In this document: one piece after another, positions 1 to 10,825 of the stretch
Layout: each line of letters opens with the position of its first letter
How positions within the stretch are numbered: the stretch's first letter is position 1
From: Parachlamydiales bacterium
Lineage (GTDB): Bacteria > Chlamydiota > Chlamydiia > Chlamydiales > SM23-39
Length of the DNA: 64,000 nucleotides
Reading direction: 5' to 3'
NCBI GenBank assembly: GCA_050302075.1
Contig: JBNLAH010000001.1
Coordinates: 12,136 to 76,135 of the forward strand
Position numbers and translations under genes: made by a program
Notes under the pieces: generated by a model
Told to the model about the DNA's origin: nothing
Seen by the model: the letters and a program-made list of their open reading frames with translations, nothing else
Database searches by the model: none

Positions 1-795
1 ATTTAATTTCGCAGTTTGAATTTCAAATCTTGCTTGTTGCTTTTCAAGTTGTGACCTAAGATCTTTTTCCAAGGCTTGTAATTTTGATAATTCTTTGGAG
101 ATGTCTTGGTCTGGCTTAGAGCTAATATTAGTTTGGCGACTTAACTTTGATATTTGAGCTCTTAGTTCAGCATTTTCACTTTTTAGCCTTTGAATAATGA
201 TATCGGGTGAGCTAGTTGGTATTTTTGGTATTATTTCTTCAACAGGAGGATTTCTAGGTCCCTCAACTGGATAAGAGCCTAAATCATCTTCAATAGAATG
301 AGATTTTGGTCTAGTTTTACCTGTTACTTTTTCTCTTGGATCAGTTTCTTCAAAAACTAACTCTGCCTGCTTAACTTTATGAGCTTTAACTAAAGGCTCT
401 AAAGCCTCTGGCTCTTTTTGAGATTCCCTCGGCCATACCCAGTCTAACCATCCTTTTTCTCTATGAGGAGCTTCAGTATTTTCAGAAAACCCAGGGACTG
501 ACTTACCACTTATTACTAAAAGGGCCTCAGTATGGATCTTTTCAAGTTCTCTATTAGCCTCTATTTCATCTTTAGTAATTACATGAGAATTGTCTTTTCC
601 AATAAGAACTATGCTTTTGGCGTTATTTCCCTTAAAAATTACTTCCTGAGGGGAGAACCCAATGCCTAAGCCTCTAACATATTCAGATCTGACTAACTCT
701 TGTACTTTCATTTGAAAGTACGTGTTTATGGACTCTGGCGTCCACGAACTATGCGTTAGTTTTAATGGATCAAAAACAATTGCATCTCTAGACAT
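1..795 (-). CDS. hypothetical protein, N-terminal 265 codons only (runs off the left edge); C-terminal part is coiled-coil
   Basis: Not in the ORF track because it has no stop in the window. ATG at 795-793 opens a frame that stays open to base 1: MSRDAIVFDPLKLTHSSWTPESINTYFQMK... The distal part is heptad-like and Q/K/E/L-rich (IIIQRLKSENAELRAQISKLSRQ...LEKDLRSQLEKQQARFEIQTAKLN). No family motif recognised. Confidence 0.5.
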   Translation of the reverse strand, partial: MSRDAIVFDPLKLTHSSWTPESINTYFQMKVQELVRSEYVRGLGIGFSPQEVIFKGNNAKSIVLIGKDNSHVITKDEIEANRELEKIHTEALLVISGKSVPGFSENTEAPHREKGWLDWVWPRESQKEPEALEPLVKAHKVKQAELVFEETDPREKVTGKTRPKSHSIEDDLGSYPVEGPRNPPVEEIIPKIPTSSPDIIIQRLKSENAELRAQISKLSRQTNISSKPDQDISKELSKLQALEKDLRSQLEKQQARFEIQTAKLN

Positions 796-937
796 TACTA
801 TCCTTTAGTTAATAATAACTATATTATATCAAAAAATAATTATAATTTCAATTTAATTAACTAAATCTTAATAAACTATAATTAAACGCGACTTTAGTTG
901 TTTGAGTATATGAATTAATCGCCTGAACTTTTTTTAT

Positions 938-1891
938 TTGCAGTTTTTTGTAAGAAAGGGAAAAATTGATAAAAAAGTCAGTAATATCATGTTTAAAGGG
1001 CATTTTTCAGATAACTATTTTCTAGACAATTCAATCTTATCAATTATTTTTGGAATTATATTCTTTATAGCCAAATACTTAGCAATTAAGGCTGTCAGAA
1101 ACGCAAATAAGCCATGGACGGCAGAGCAAAGGCTAAGGCTAATTGGTTATTTAAGGAGTGTTTCCTTTGGAGTACTAATCCTCGGTATTTTGTTCATTTG
1201 GGGAGAGCAACTCCATAATTTTGCCGTGTCTCTATTTGCAATAGCTTTTGCAGTCGTATTCTCAATCAAAGAGCTTCTAACCTGTTTAAATGGAGCTTTG
1301 ATGAGGTTCAGGGGAAATGTTTATAATTTAGGGGATAGGATATCTATAGGAGATTTTAGAGGGGATGTTATTGATTTTAATCTTGTCTCAACCACCATTT
1401 TAGAAACAGGCCCAGGACCAAATAGTCATAATTTCACCGGACGATTAGTGTCTTTTCCAAATAGCATGATTTTAGGCAATTTTATAACCAATGAATCCTT
1501 CATGGATCATTTTTTTCTGCATAACATTATAGTTCCAATTAAACTAAATGAAGATTGGGTTCGTGCAAAAGAACTGTTGTTAAAAATCTCTCAAGATGAA
1601 TGTCGTCCCTTTTTGGATCAGGCCCGCAAGAGGGTTAAAGAAGCTGCTAGGCAAAGAAGTGTTCAGCTACCATCTGTTGAGCCTAGGACTACGATTAGAA
1701 TGATTAAGCCAGGCGAAGCTCAAATAATTGCCAGGGTCCCAGCTCCAATGCACTTGAAGGGGAGGTTAGAGCAAACTATCTTAAATAAATTTCTAGAAGA
1801 ATTTTACCCTTACAGCCCTAGTGCAAAAAAACAATCAACTCTAGATGATGATGATGAAGAGGCTGATTTGATAAATCAAAAAGGTATTTAA
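938..1891 (+). CDS. small-conductance mechanosensitive channel (MscS family)
   Basis: N-terminal TM helices followed by the MscS beta-domain signature GDRISIGDFRGDVIDFNLVSTTILETG...GRLVSFPNSMI. The track start is TTG; the in-frame ATG at 989 (MFKGHF...) is an equally plausible start. Confidence 0.75.
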   Translation: MQFFVRKGKIDKKVSNIMFKGHFSDNYFLDNSILSIIFGIIFFIAKYLAIKAVRNANKPWTAEQRLRLIGYLRSVSFGVLILGILFIWGEQLHNFAVSLFAIAFAVVFSIKELLTCLNGALMRFRGNVYNLGDRISIGDFRGDVIDFNLVSTTILETGPGPNSHNFTGRLVSFPNSMILGNFITNESFMDHFFLHNIIVPIKLNEDWVRAKELLLKISQDECRPFLDQARKRVKEAARQRSVQLPSVEPRTTIRMIKPGEAQIIARVPAPMHLKGRLEQTILNKFLEEFYPYSPSAKKQSTLDDDDEEADLINQKGI

Positions 1892-1892
1892 C

Positions 1893-3692
1893 CTAACTGA
1901 TCAATGCATCAATCAAATCAAGGTTTTCAGCTACATAACTTTTGATTTTATCAGGAGATATCTCCTTTTGAGATAGAAGAGTTGTATTAAATAAATGCTC
2001 GACTATTTTCTTGGAGATTTCAGGTTTAGTGGTTCTTAAATTCCATGCAGCTTCAACTAATTTGTGATTTGTGTTAATCACAAAGGTTCTCTTAACCGGG
2101 AAACTAGCTGAATCTTGAGCTAAACTCATATATTCTTGTAGTCGTCTAGCTTTTTCATCAAACTGAATCATAGCAGGAACTTTATTGCTAGCAAAGCTTT
2201 TAGCTTCTACATCTAAATCAATCTCATTTAAGCATTCTTTTACATATTCAGACATTTTCTGAGCTATTGACTTTCCGTCTTTATCAAGTACTGATTTGTC
2301 TTTAGAGGTGTCTAAAAGTTCAGACGTCAAATCAGAATCAATTCTCTTAAATTCAGTTCCAGATAATTTTGACTCTAGAAAATTTACCAAAGCAGAATCT
2401 AGATTAGAATTAGCGATTAACACAGGAATATTTTTTTCTTGGTACAGATCGATTAAAGAATTCTTGTCGTCGATTGTATAAAAAACAACGTCCTGATTGC
2501 TCTTTTCTTTATACTCTTCAACTGTCATCCATGTGTCTTCGATCGTTTTAAAAAGAAGAAAATCCTTTGATCTTTCATAAAATTTATCGTCTTGGAGAAC
2601 TGCAAGTTTGACTATAGTTTCAACATCTTGAAAAATTTTAATAAAGTTTTCCCTATCTTCTTTGAATAGTGATTTAAGTCGATCTGATATTTTCTTAGAA
2701 ATATGAGAGCCGACTTGTTTTACAGTTCTGTCCATTTGTAAATAAGATCTGGAAACATTTAAAGGGATGTCAGGGCTATCAATTGCGCCTCGCATTACTG
2801 TTAGATAGTCCGGGAAAAGGTCTTTGCAGTTATCCGATACAAAAACTCGATTGCAAAATAAATTAATCGTACTTTGATTGACATCGAACTTCTTGTGAAT
2901 TTTTGGAAAATATAAAATTCCCTTTAAATTAAAAGGGTAGTCGACATTCAAGTGAATCCAAAAAACTGGGTCTGGATCCATTGGATACAACTTTCTGTAA
3001 AACTCTAAATATTCTTTATCTGTACAGTCAGTTGGAGCTTTAAGCCAAAGCGGTTCTTGATGGTTGATTTGTTTTTCGTTTAGATAAATAGGGTATGGTA
3101 AAAATCTGCAGTAACTTTCTAAGATGCTTTTTAACTTAGCTTCTTCTAAATACTCTGTGCTGTTTTCATCAACATGAAGAGTGATCAGTGTTCCTCTTTT
3201 GTCTTTCTCAGCATAATCAATCGTATATTCAGCATTTCCATCAGATGTCCAATACACTGCTTTTTCTTTATCATTATAAGACTTTGTTAGGAGCTCAACA
3301 CTAGTAGCAACCATATAAGATGAATAAAAACCTAATCCGAAATGACCAATAATTTGATCTTTTTCTTGGTTGGACTCATATTTTTTTAAGAACTCTTCAG
3401 CTCCTGAAAAGGCAATCTGAGCAATATACTTTTCTACCTCTTCATAAGTCATTCCAATACCTGTGTCAGATATTGTAATAGTTTTTAGGTCTTTGTTGAT
3501 CTTAATATCGATTCTAAATTCATCATCAGATATGTCTAACTTCTTTTCATCTCTTATAATTTTTAATTTCTGAATTGCATCACATGAATTTGAGACTAGT
3601 TCTCTTAAAAAGATATCTTTGTCAGAGTAAAGCCATTTTTTTATAATTGGTAAAATGTTTTCACTGTGAATTGATAAATTTTTCTTTGTCAT
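1893..3692 (-). CDS. htpG: molecular chaperone HtpG (Hsp90)
   Basis: Hsp90 N-terminal ATPase motifs ELVSNSCDAIQK and IGHFGLGFYSSYMV. Length of 599 aa is typical. Confidence 0.95.
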   Translation of the reverse strand: MTKKNLSIHSENILPIIKKWLYSDKDIFLRELVSNSCDAIQKLKIIRDEKKLDISDDEFRIDIKINKDLKTITISDTGIGMTYEEVEKYIAQIAFSGAEEFLKKYESNQEKDQIIGHFGLGFYSSYMVATSVELLTKSYNDKEKAVYWTSDGNAEYTIDYAEKDKRGTLITLHVDENSTEYLEEAKLKSILESYCRFLPYPIYLNEKQINHQEPLWLKAPTDCTDKEYLEFYRKLYPMDPDPVFWIHLNVDYPFNLKGILYFPKIHKKFDVNQSTINLFCNRVFVSDNCKDLFPDYLTVMRGAIDSPDIPLNVSRSYLQMDRTVKQVGSHISKKISDRLKSLFKEDRENFIKIFQDVETIVKLAVLQDDKFYERSKDFLLFKTIEDTWMTVEEYKEKSNQDVVFYTIDDKNSLIDLYQEKNIPVLIANSNLDSALVNFLESKLSGTEFKRIDSDLTSELLDTSKDKSVLDKDGKSIAQKMSEYVKECLNEIDLDVEAKSFASNKVPAMIQFDEKARRLQEYMSLAQDSASFPVKRTFVINTNHKLVEAAWNLRTTKPEISKKIVEHLFNTTLLSQKEISPDKIKSYVAENLDLIDALIS

Positions 3693-3694
3693 GT

Positions 3695-5068
3695 TTAACC
3701 TAATAATTTATTTATATCTATAATTCCGCCTTCTTGAAGTATTATAATGAATACTCCAACAGGTGCAACCCATTTTAATAGAAAAAGCCAGCCTCTGACC
3801 AAGAAGACTAGTGTAGATCCTCTTTCAAACTCTGCCTTAGCAATATTCCTATCAACTCTCCAACCTATAAAAATGGCTGCTAAAAGTCCACCAAGAGGCA
3901 TCATCCAGCTGCCTGTGACATAGTTAAGAGTATCAAAAAAATCTCCATTGTACATCTTTGACCAGTTTGGGAACATTGCTCCTGAACCTGCTAATGCCGT
4001 TGGAATTCCTAATATAAAAGCTGTTGTCGCACAGATTACCACAGCTTTTTTTCTAGACCATTGAAAAATTTCCATTAAGTTAGATACTAGAACTTCAATT
4101 ATTGATATTGAAGAGGTGAGAGCCGTGAAAACAAATAATGTGAAAAAAACTGTAGACAAAACAAGTGTTGCCGGCATTTTAGCAAAAAGCACAGGGAGTG
4201 TTTTGAAAACAAGCCCAGGTCCTCCTTCAGGCTCAAAACCAAATGTGAAGACAATAGGGAAGATCATAAGGGCTGCAAAAAGTGATACAGATACTGAAAC
4301 AGCACCAATAATAAAACCAGTTTTTGGAATGTCCTCCTCTGGTTTCATATAACTTCCATACGTGACTAATATTCCAAGCCCTACACTTAATGTAAAAAAT
4401 GACATCCCAAGAGCATTTAAAACTCCATTAGAGCTCAATTTAGAAAAATCCGGGTACAATATGAATTTAGCTGCATCAGGAAAACCAGGTAAAAATAATG
4501 CAAAAATGAACAGGCCAACTAAAATTACTAAGAGCGCAGGAGTTAGTATTTTGCTCCAATATTCAATACCCTTTCTAACTCCACCATAAACAACTCCAGC
4601 TGTAATTAGCATAAATATAAAATGCCAAAGCAAGTTGATATCAGGAGATTGGTATAATATAGAAAACACTTCTCTTATCTGTTCGGGGGTTTTACCTAAG
4701 GTAAAGTTATTTAATGACATTAACGCATAGTTAAGGCTCCAACCAGATACAACGCTATAATAAGACAGTATTAAAAAATTTGTTAAAATATTTAACCATC
4801 CGACCATGCTCCATTGGCTGTCATTTGATAGAGCTGAATAAGCGCCTACAGAACTTTTTTGAGCGGATCTTCCAATAATCAACTCACCTAAGAAAATAGG
4901 TATGCCAATTAGAAAAGTAAATAATAAATAAAGCAAGACGAATGCCCCGCCGCCGTTTTGTCCTGTAATATAGGGGAATCTCCAAAGACTGCCTAGACCG
5001 ATAGCAGAACCTGCAGTGGCCATGATAAAGCCAAGACGAGAGCCCCAATGTTCTCGTTGTTTCGCCAT
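3695..5068 (-). CDS. sodium-dependent transporter, neurotransmitter:sodium symporter (NSS/SNF) family
   Basis: NSS signature GSAIGLGSLWRFPY near the N-terminus and about 11-12 hydrophobic segments. Lies 2 nt upstream of htpG on the same strand. Confidence 0.9.
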   Translation of the reverse strand: MAKQREHWGSRLGFIMATAGSAIGLGSLWRFPYITGQNGGGAFVLLYLLFTFLIGIPIFLGELIIGRSAQKSSVGAYSALSNDSQWSMVGWLNILTNFLILSYYSVVSGWSLNYALMSLNNFTLGKTPEQIREVFSILYQSPDINLLWHFIFMLITAGVVYGGVRKGIEYWSKILTPALLVILVGLFIFALFLPGFPDAAKFILYPDFSKLSSNGVLNALGMSFFTLSVGLGILVTYGSYMKPEEDIPKTGFIIGAVSVSVSLFAALMIFPIVFTFGFEPEGGPGLVFKTLPVLFAKMPATLVLSTVFFTLFVFTALTSSISIIEVLVSNLMEIFQWSRKKAVVICATTAFILGIPTALAGSGAMFPNWSKMYNGDFFDTLNYVTGSWMMPLGGLLAAIFIGWRVDRNIAKAEFERGSTLVFLVRGWLFLLKWVAPVGVFIIILQEGGIIDINKLLG

Positions 5069-5196
5069 TGTAATAACCTGAATGGAAATAAAAACATCCC
5101 ATCAAAGCTCATATTTATATTGATGTCAAGATTAAAAAAGAACTTGAAAAAAGGGCGGAGTACTGAAATAAATAGAATTAAGACTAAAAGAAGTTT

Positions 5197-6504
5197 ATGA
5201 GTACAATTTTCCTAATATCCTCGATTTTTAAAATAAGTATGTTTGCAGTTCTGGCATTTGCTTTAATTGGAGCTGCTTTATCATCAATGATTTTAATCAC
5301 TCGTAATAAATTAATTGGCTTTAAGCCTTGCAAGATCTTAATAAATGAAGATGAAAATCTTACAAAGACAGCTAAGACTGGTTCGACTCTTTTAGAGGCT
5401 CTGCTTACAAATGGCATCTCAGTACCATCGCCTTGCGGAGGAAAAGCAACATGCAAGCAGTGCAAAGTACAAGTACTTAAAGGAGGGGGAGACCCATTAG
5501 AGACAGATAAATCAACATTTACACACCACGAACTTAAAGAAGGCTGGAGGCTATCTTGCCAATGTAAGGTAAAAAATGATATTTCAGTGCATATTCCGGA
5601 AGATCTGCTTGAGGTCAGGGAGTTTGAAGGAGTTGTAGTTAGCAATGAAAATGTATCCTCGTTTATTAAAGAGCTAGTTGTAGAAGTTGCAATGGACGAG
5701 GTAGTTGATTATAAATCAGGGGGTTATTTACAGTTTCATGTCCCTCCTTACAAAACAAATACAAGTGATTGGAAACAGACGATGGACCCAATCTATTACC
5801 CTGAATGGGAAAAGTATAAAATGTTTGGAATTGACATAGATAATTCAAAACCAGTAGAGGCTGTTCAACGCGCTTATTCAATGGCGTCATATCCTGGTGA
5901 GAAAAATATTTTAAAGTTTACTATACGTATTGCTACTCCGCCTATAGTAAAGGGCGCCCCGTTAAATAAACCTTGGGGAATCTGCTCTTCTTATGTTTTT
6001 TCTTTGAAAAAAGGCGATAAGGTTAAATTTTCAGGCCCTTATGGTGAGTCTTTTATGATAGAAGACGGCAGAGAACTTGTTTTCTTGATTGGGGGAGCTG
6101 GAGCCTCATTCGGACGGTCCCACATTATGCAACTGTTTAAAACTGAAATGACTAAAAGAAAAGTAACTCTCTGGTATGGAGCTCGCTCTTTAAGAGAGAA
6201 TATCTATCAAGAAGAATTCGAAGCGCTTGATAAGGAATTTGAAAACTTTAAGTATTACCTTGTTTTGTCTGAGCCGACTGAAGAAGACTATAAACAAGGG
6301 TGGCCTAAAAAAGAAGATGATCCTGTTCATACAAACTTTGTGTTCAAGGCTTTTGAAATTGGTCAACTAAGTAAAATGAAAGAACCTGATGAAGCGCTTT
6401 ACTATGTATGTGGTCCTCCAATGCACAATGCCAGTGTGATGAAACTTCTGGACGATTATGGTGTTCCAAGAGAAAATATTGTCTTGGATGATTTTGGAAG
6501 TTAA
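5197..6504 (+). CDS. nqrF: Na+-translocating NADH:quinone oxidoreductase subunit F
   Basis: N-terminal TM helix, 2Fe-2S ferredoxin cysteines (CGGKATCKQCKV...C), FAD motif RAYSMASYP, and a C-terminal NAD-binding domain ending YVCGPP. Confidence 0.93.
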   Translation: MSTIFLISSIFKISMFAVLAFALIGAALSSMILITRNKLIGFKPCKILINEDENLTKTAKTGSTLLEALLTNGISVPSPCGGKATCKQCKVQVLKGGGDPLETDKSTFTHHELKEGWRLSCQCKVKNDISVHIPEDLLEVREFEGVVVSNENVSSFIKELVVEVAMDEVVDYKSGGYLQFHVPPYKTNTSDWKQTMDPIYYPEWEKYKMFGIDIDNSKPVEAVQRAYSMASYPGEKNILKFTIRIATPPIVKGAPLNKPWGICSSYVFSLKKGDKVKFSGPYGESFMIEDGRELVFLIGGAGASFGRSHIMQLFKTEMTKRKVTLWYGARSLRENIYQEEFEALDKEFENFKYYLVLSEPTEEDYKQGWPKKEDDPVHTNFVFKAFEIGQLSKMKEPDEALYYVCGPPMHNASVMKLLDDYGVPRENIVLDDFGS

Positions 6505-6509
6505 TTATT

Positions 6510-8135
6510 ATGCGTATTTACGTAGCGCAGCTAAACCCAATAATTGGGGACATTGGCAACAACACAAGAAAAATTATAAATGAAATAGACGCTGCAAAAG
6601 CTAAAAAAGCGGACATAGTTCTATTTGCTGAGATGGCTATTTGTGGATATCCTCCTGAAGACTTGGTTTACTTCTCAAGTTTTATCGATCAAATCGATCA
6701 GGGTCTAGATGCAATTATCAAAGCTTCAGATAACTTGATGGTAGTGGTCGGATTGGTTCGTAAAAATGAAACTGGTAGAGGAAAATTTTTATATAATTCT
6801 GCTGCAGTTATTATAAACCAAAAACTTGTTGGCTTCAAAGATAAGACACTTTTGCCGACATACGATGTGTTTGATGAAAGTAGATATTTTGAGCCTGGAG
6901 CTGAACAAAAAGTCTTTGAATATAAAGCTAAGAAAATAGCCGTTACAGTTTGTGAAGATATTTGGCAACATACAAAGGGGCTGGAATATGTCAGATACAC
7001 ACGGGACCCGGTTAAAGAGTTAATAGAGTTAAATCCAGATATTCACCTAAATTTATCTGCATCTCCTTATTATTTTCAGAAAAAAGATTATCGTCTTGAA
7101 ATCTTATCTCCATGTGCAAAAACTTTAAACTGCCCTCTTGTCTGGTGCAATCAAGTAGGAGGTAATGATTCATTGATTTTTGATGGACATAGCATGTACT
7201 TGGATAGCAAGGGAATTTTGATTCAATCTGCTAAGGGGTTTTCAGAAGATTTTCTATTGGTTGATTTAAATGAAAAGAAAGAAAGGTCTGTAGAGTTTAG
7301 TGATCATTATAATGATTTATATCAAGCCCTTGTCTTAGGAGTTAGGGATTATTTTTTTAAGCAGGGATTTAAAAAAGCATGTATTGGTCTTTCTGGTGGA
7401 ATTGATTCAGCGTTAGTTGCCTGTATTGCAGTGGATGCACTTGGTAGTCAAAATGTACTTTCGGTGACAATGCCCTCTAGGTATTCCTCAAAAGAGGGGA
7501 TAGAAGATGCAAAACAGCTTGCAAAAAACTTAAGTATCAAATTGCTTGAGATACCAATCGATGATACCTATGAACATTTTTTAACCTTACTGAAACCTTA
7601 CTTCCAAGACAAACCATTTGACACAACTGAAGAGAACCTGCAGGCAAGATCAAGAGGTATAGTATTAATGGCACTGTCTAACAAGCTAGGTTATATAATC
7701 TTAAGTACGGGTAATAAAAGTGAAATGGCAGTAGGGTATAGTACGCTATATGGGGATATGTGTGGAGGTCTTGCAGTCATAAGTGATGTGACAAAAACAA
7801 ATGTATTTAAGCTTTGCAAATTACATTCTGATCGTATTCCAAAAAACATTCTTATAAAGAAACCTTCAGCGGAATTAAGAGAGAATCAGACAGATCAAGA
7901 CACTCTTCCTGAATATGATATTTTAGATTATATACTATCTGAATATGTTGAAGGTCATGCGTCAGCTGAATTAATTGCAGAAAAGCACCAAATAAAATTA
8001 GAAATGGTTCAGGAGATCATTCATAAGATTCATCTTGCTGAATACAAAAGAAGACAGTCTGCTCCAGGGCTTCGAGTCAGTAAGAAAGCATTTAGCAAAG
8101 GCCGTATTTTCCCAATTGTTCAAAAGTTCAATTAA
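6510..8135 (+). CDS. nadE: glutamine-dependent NAD+ synthetase
   Basis: N-terminal CN-hydrolase domain (VTVCEDIW) plus a C-terminal PP-loop (GLSGGIDSALVA). The 541-aa length fits the fused form. Confidence 0.92.
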   Translation: MRIYVAQLNPIIGDIGNNTRKIINEIDAAKAKKADIVLFAEMAICGYPPEDLVYFSSFIDQIDQGLDAIIKASDNLMVVVGLVRKNETGRGKFLYNSAAVIINQKLVGFKDKTLLPTYDVFDESRYFEPGAEQKVFEYKAKKIAVTVCEDIWQHTKGLEYVRYTRDPVKELIELNPDIHLNLSASPYYFQKKDYRLEILSPCAKTLNCPLVWCNQVGGNDSLIFDGHSMYLDSKGILIQSAKGFSEDFLLVDLNEKKERSVEFSDHYNDLYQALVLGVRDYFFKQGFKKACIGLSGGIDSALVACIAVDALGSQNVLSVTMPSRYSSKEGIEDAKQLAKNLSIKLLEIPIDDTYEHFLTLLKPYFQDKPFDTTEENLQARSRGIVLMALSNKLGYIILSTGNKSEMAVGYSTLYGDMCGGLAVISDVTKTNVFKLCKLHSDRIPKNILIKKPSAELRENQTDQDTLPEYDILDYILSEYVEGHASAELIAEKHQIKLEMVQEIIHKIHLAEYKRRQSAPGLRVSKKAFSKGRIFPIVQKFN

Positions 8136-9085
8136 AGTTCATCAAATGAAAAACAAAGTACATCCTTTATGCATTCCTTTTTGTGCGAAAGCATAAGTAA
8201 TCTATCAAATCCAACTGAGACACCGGAGCACTCTGGTAAATTCCCGATAGAGTGAATGAATTTTTCGTCCAAAGGATAAGGGTTTTTGCCAATTAAAATT
8301 CTTTTTCTATTTTCTTCTCTAAAACGATTTAGATGTTCTTGAGGATCATTTAACTCAAAATACCCATTAGCAATCTCAACTTTGTTGTAATAGATTTCAA
8401 AACGGTTGGCAACTTCAAACCCATCGATATATTCAGTTTTTGCTAATGCTGCCTGTGATTTAGGATATTGAAAAATAACATAATAGGTATCGTCTTCAAA
8501 ACAAGGTTCAATTAAATGCGAAAATAAAAGCTGTAGCCATCCATCTTTATCCAAATCAGAGTCAAAAATTAAGCTATTTTTCTCTGCACAGGACTTCAAG
8601 TCATGTTTACTTGCGTTAAAGGGGTCAATATTTAAGAAAATTTTAAAAGCTTCTCTGTAAGACAAATGTTTTGTCTTTTTTTCCTCTGTAAAAGATTTAC
8701 AAAGATCCAGAGTCTCATCTATTAAATCTTTTAGTGAAAGTCCCACATGATACCACTCTAGCATTGTGAACTCAGGATTATGTCTACTTCCGATTTCATC
8801 AATTCGAAAAACATGTCCAAGATAGAAAATTTTCTTCATTCCCTTCGCTAAAAGCCTTTTCATCAAGTATTCAGGAGATGTGTGCAAATAGTAGTTTTTG
8901 TTTTGGTCAGATGCTTCAAAACTATCAATGTGCTGATCTATTGCGGGAAATTTAATAATAGAGGGGATATCTACTTCAATATAATCTCGACAGATAAAAA
9001 AGGAGCGTGCCTTTTGCAAAGCTAGAGCACGCAACCCTAAAAACTCAATTTTGGAGGTAATTGTGTCTTTAAACTCGAGAGACAT
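8132..9085 (-). CDS. epmA: EF-P lysine-lysyltransferase (PoxA/GenX, truncated class II LysRS paralogue)
   Basis: Class II aaRS core motifs FRIDEIGSRHNPEFTMLEWY and GVSVGFDRLLML, with no anticodon-binding domain. Sits directly downstream of efp and overlaps it by 17 nt. Confidence 0.85.
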   Translation of the reverse strand: MSLEFKDTITSKIEFLGLRALALQKARSFFICRDYIEVDIPSIIKFPAIDQHIDSFEASDQNKNYYLHTSPEYLMKRLLAKGMKKIFYLGHVFRIDEIGSRHNPEFTMLEWYHVGLSLKDLIDETLDLCKSFTEEKKTKHLSYREAFKIFLNIDPFNASKHDLKSCAEKNSLIFDSDLDKDGWLQLLFSHLIEPCFEDDTYYVIFQYPKSQAALAKTEYIDGFEVANRFEIYYNKVEIANGYFELNDPQEHLNRFREENRKRILIGKNPYPLDEKFIHSIGNLPECSGVSVGFDRLLMLSHKKECIKDVLCFSFDEL

Positions 9086-9635
9086 ATTCGCAAGTTCTTG
9101 TATCGACTTTTATAGTCTCTCCTTCTTCAATAAAAATAGGGACTTGGACCTTTGCTCCTGTTTCCAGAACAGCCGGTTTTAATACTCTACCAGAAGCGGT
9201 ATCTCCTCTGACTCCAGGAGAAGTTTCGGTTATTTTTAACTCCATAAAAGTAGGGGGAATTAAATCTACAACAGTGCCATTATAAAAAATTAAATCAAAC
9301 AATGTTTCTTCTTTCAGCCACTGCTTATTATCTTGAATTACTTCAAATGGTACGTTTACCTGTTCATAAGAATCATCATCCATAAAAACAGCTGCGTCTT
9401 GCTCTAGGTATAGAAGGCGCATTTTTTGCTCTACAACATCAGCAAGTTCAAGCTTCTCATTCGTCTTAAATGTTTTTTCTATAACTCTTCCCGTCATTAA
9501 GTGCTTTAATTTGATTCGATTAAATGCTTGACCCTTACCCGGCTTCACAAATTCATTGCTTACTACAGTATAAGGATCTTTCTCAATCTCGACTTTCATT
9601 CCTCCGCGCAGGTCATTAGTTGAAATCTGTGCCAT
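9069..9635 (-). CDS. efp: elongation factor P
   Basis: MAQISTNDLRGGMKVEIEKDPYTVV..FVKPGKGQAFNRIKLK. The KPGKGQA loop retains the modifiable Lys. Confidence 0.95.
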   Translation of the reverse strand: MAQISTNDLRGGMKVEIEKDPYTVVSNEFVKPGKGQAFNRIKLKHLMTGRVIEKTFKTNEKLELADVVEQKMRLLYLEQDAAVFMDDDSYEQVNVPFEVIQDNKQWLKEETLFDLIFYNGTVVDLIPPTFMELKITETSPGVRGDTASGRVLKPAVLETGAKVQVPIFIEEGETIKVDTRTCEYVSRV

Positions 9636-9762
9636 TATATTTCCCTTCTATATTTTGTATTTCTGATTCTAAAAGAGACCTTTTTTATTTTTCAATTGAA
9701 AGTGTTTCTTTAGAAAATTGAAAAGTTAATGTATATCTAAAAAAAATATCTTAAGTAATGTC

Positions 9763-10554
9763 ATGTCTCAAATTGAAGAACAAATTGCAAAAGAAACTCT
9801 AGAAAGGTATTCAGGATGCCATGCTGAAGAGTTTCAAGAGCACCTAATACTTACTAATTTCCCGAAATATGTTCAATATTTTGCAGAAGCAAAGAATGCT
9901 AAAATTCAAGAAGGTTCGATGTTCAAAGTTGCCCATAGCAAACAAGAAAATATCAGCATATTGGATTTTAAAATTGGTTCTCCTGCAGCAGCTCTGACAG
10001 TTGACACCTGCTCTTTTTTACCATTTAAAACAGCAATTTTTTTGGGGATGTGCGGAGGGTTGAGGCGTAGATATCAAGTCGGAGACTATCTGGTACCTGT
10101 TGCTAGCATAAGAGCAGAGGGAACTTCAGATTATTATTTTCCAATTGAAGTTCCAGCTCTTGCTAACTTTTTAATGCAAAAGGCTGTCACAAACATAATG
10201 GAAGAGGAGAAAAAAACTTATCACATCGGTATAACTTATACAACCAATATGCGGCTTTGGGAGTTTAAGGAAAGCTTTAAAGAAAGACTAAAGTCAACCA
10301 AGGCTCAAGGTATTGAAATGGAGTGCGCCACTTTATTTGCTGCAAGTTATAAAAGAAAATTTACATTAGGATCTCTTTTGTTAGTATCAGACCTTCCATT
10401 AAAAGAAGCCAAAACAAAACAGGCCTCAGAGTATATATTCGATACTTTTGCTAAAGAACATGTTGAGCTTGGAGTTAAAATTATTAAAAATGCAGCAGAG
10501 ATGGTTAAGAAAAAAATAAAAGGGGCCTATTATCGAGATATCAAAAAGGAATGA
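9763..10554 (+). CDS. nucleoside phosphorylase superfamily protein, AMP nucleosidase-like catalytic domain only
   Basis: PNP/UDP-type motifs FLGMCGGL and GIEMECATLFAAS. At 263 aa it has no N-terminal regulatory domain. Confidence 0.6.
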   Translation: MSQIEEQIAKETLERYSGCHAEEFQEHLILTNFPKYVQYFAEAKNAKIQEGSMFKVAHSKQENISILDFKIGSPAAALTVDTCSFLPFKTAIFLGMCGGLRRRYQVGDYLVPVASIRAEGTSDYYFPIEVPALANFLMQKAVTNIMEEEKKTYHIGITYTTNMRLWEFKESFKERLKSTKAQGIEMECATLFAASYKRKFTLGSLLLVSDLPLKEAKTKQASEYIFDTFAKEHVELGVKIIKNAAEMVKKKIKGAYYRDIKKE

Positions 10555-10825
10555 ATTATAATTAGTTAGTTGTTAAGATGTTAATAATTTGACTAGTTTA
10601 ATTTTGATAATAAAATATCAAAAATCAAAAGCTTAAATGATTTTAAATCAGTATCTTATATTCTCTAAATCGAAATGAAGCCTTTGTAATCAAGTTTTAA
10701 AAGATTTAGTTTTAAAGGTTAATTATTTATCTTCATAAGTATTTTATTTTTACAATGTTAGAAAAAAATAATTTCTTTATATTAAATAATATTTTTGATA
10801 TAATATTACTTAAATACGGTATATT

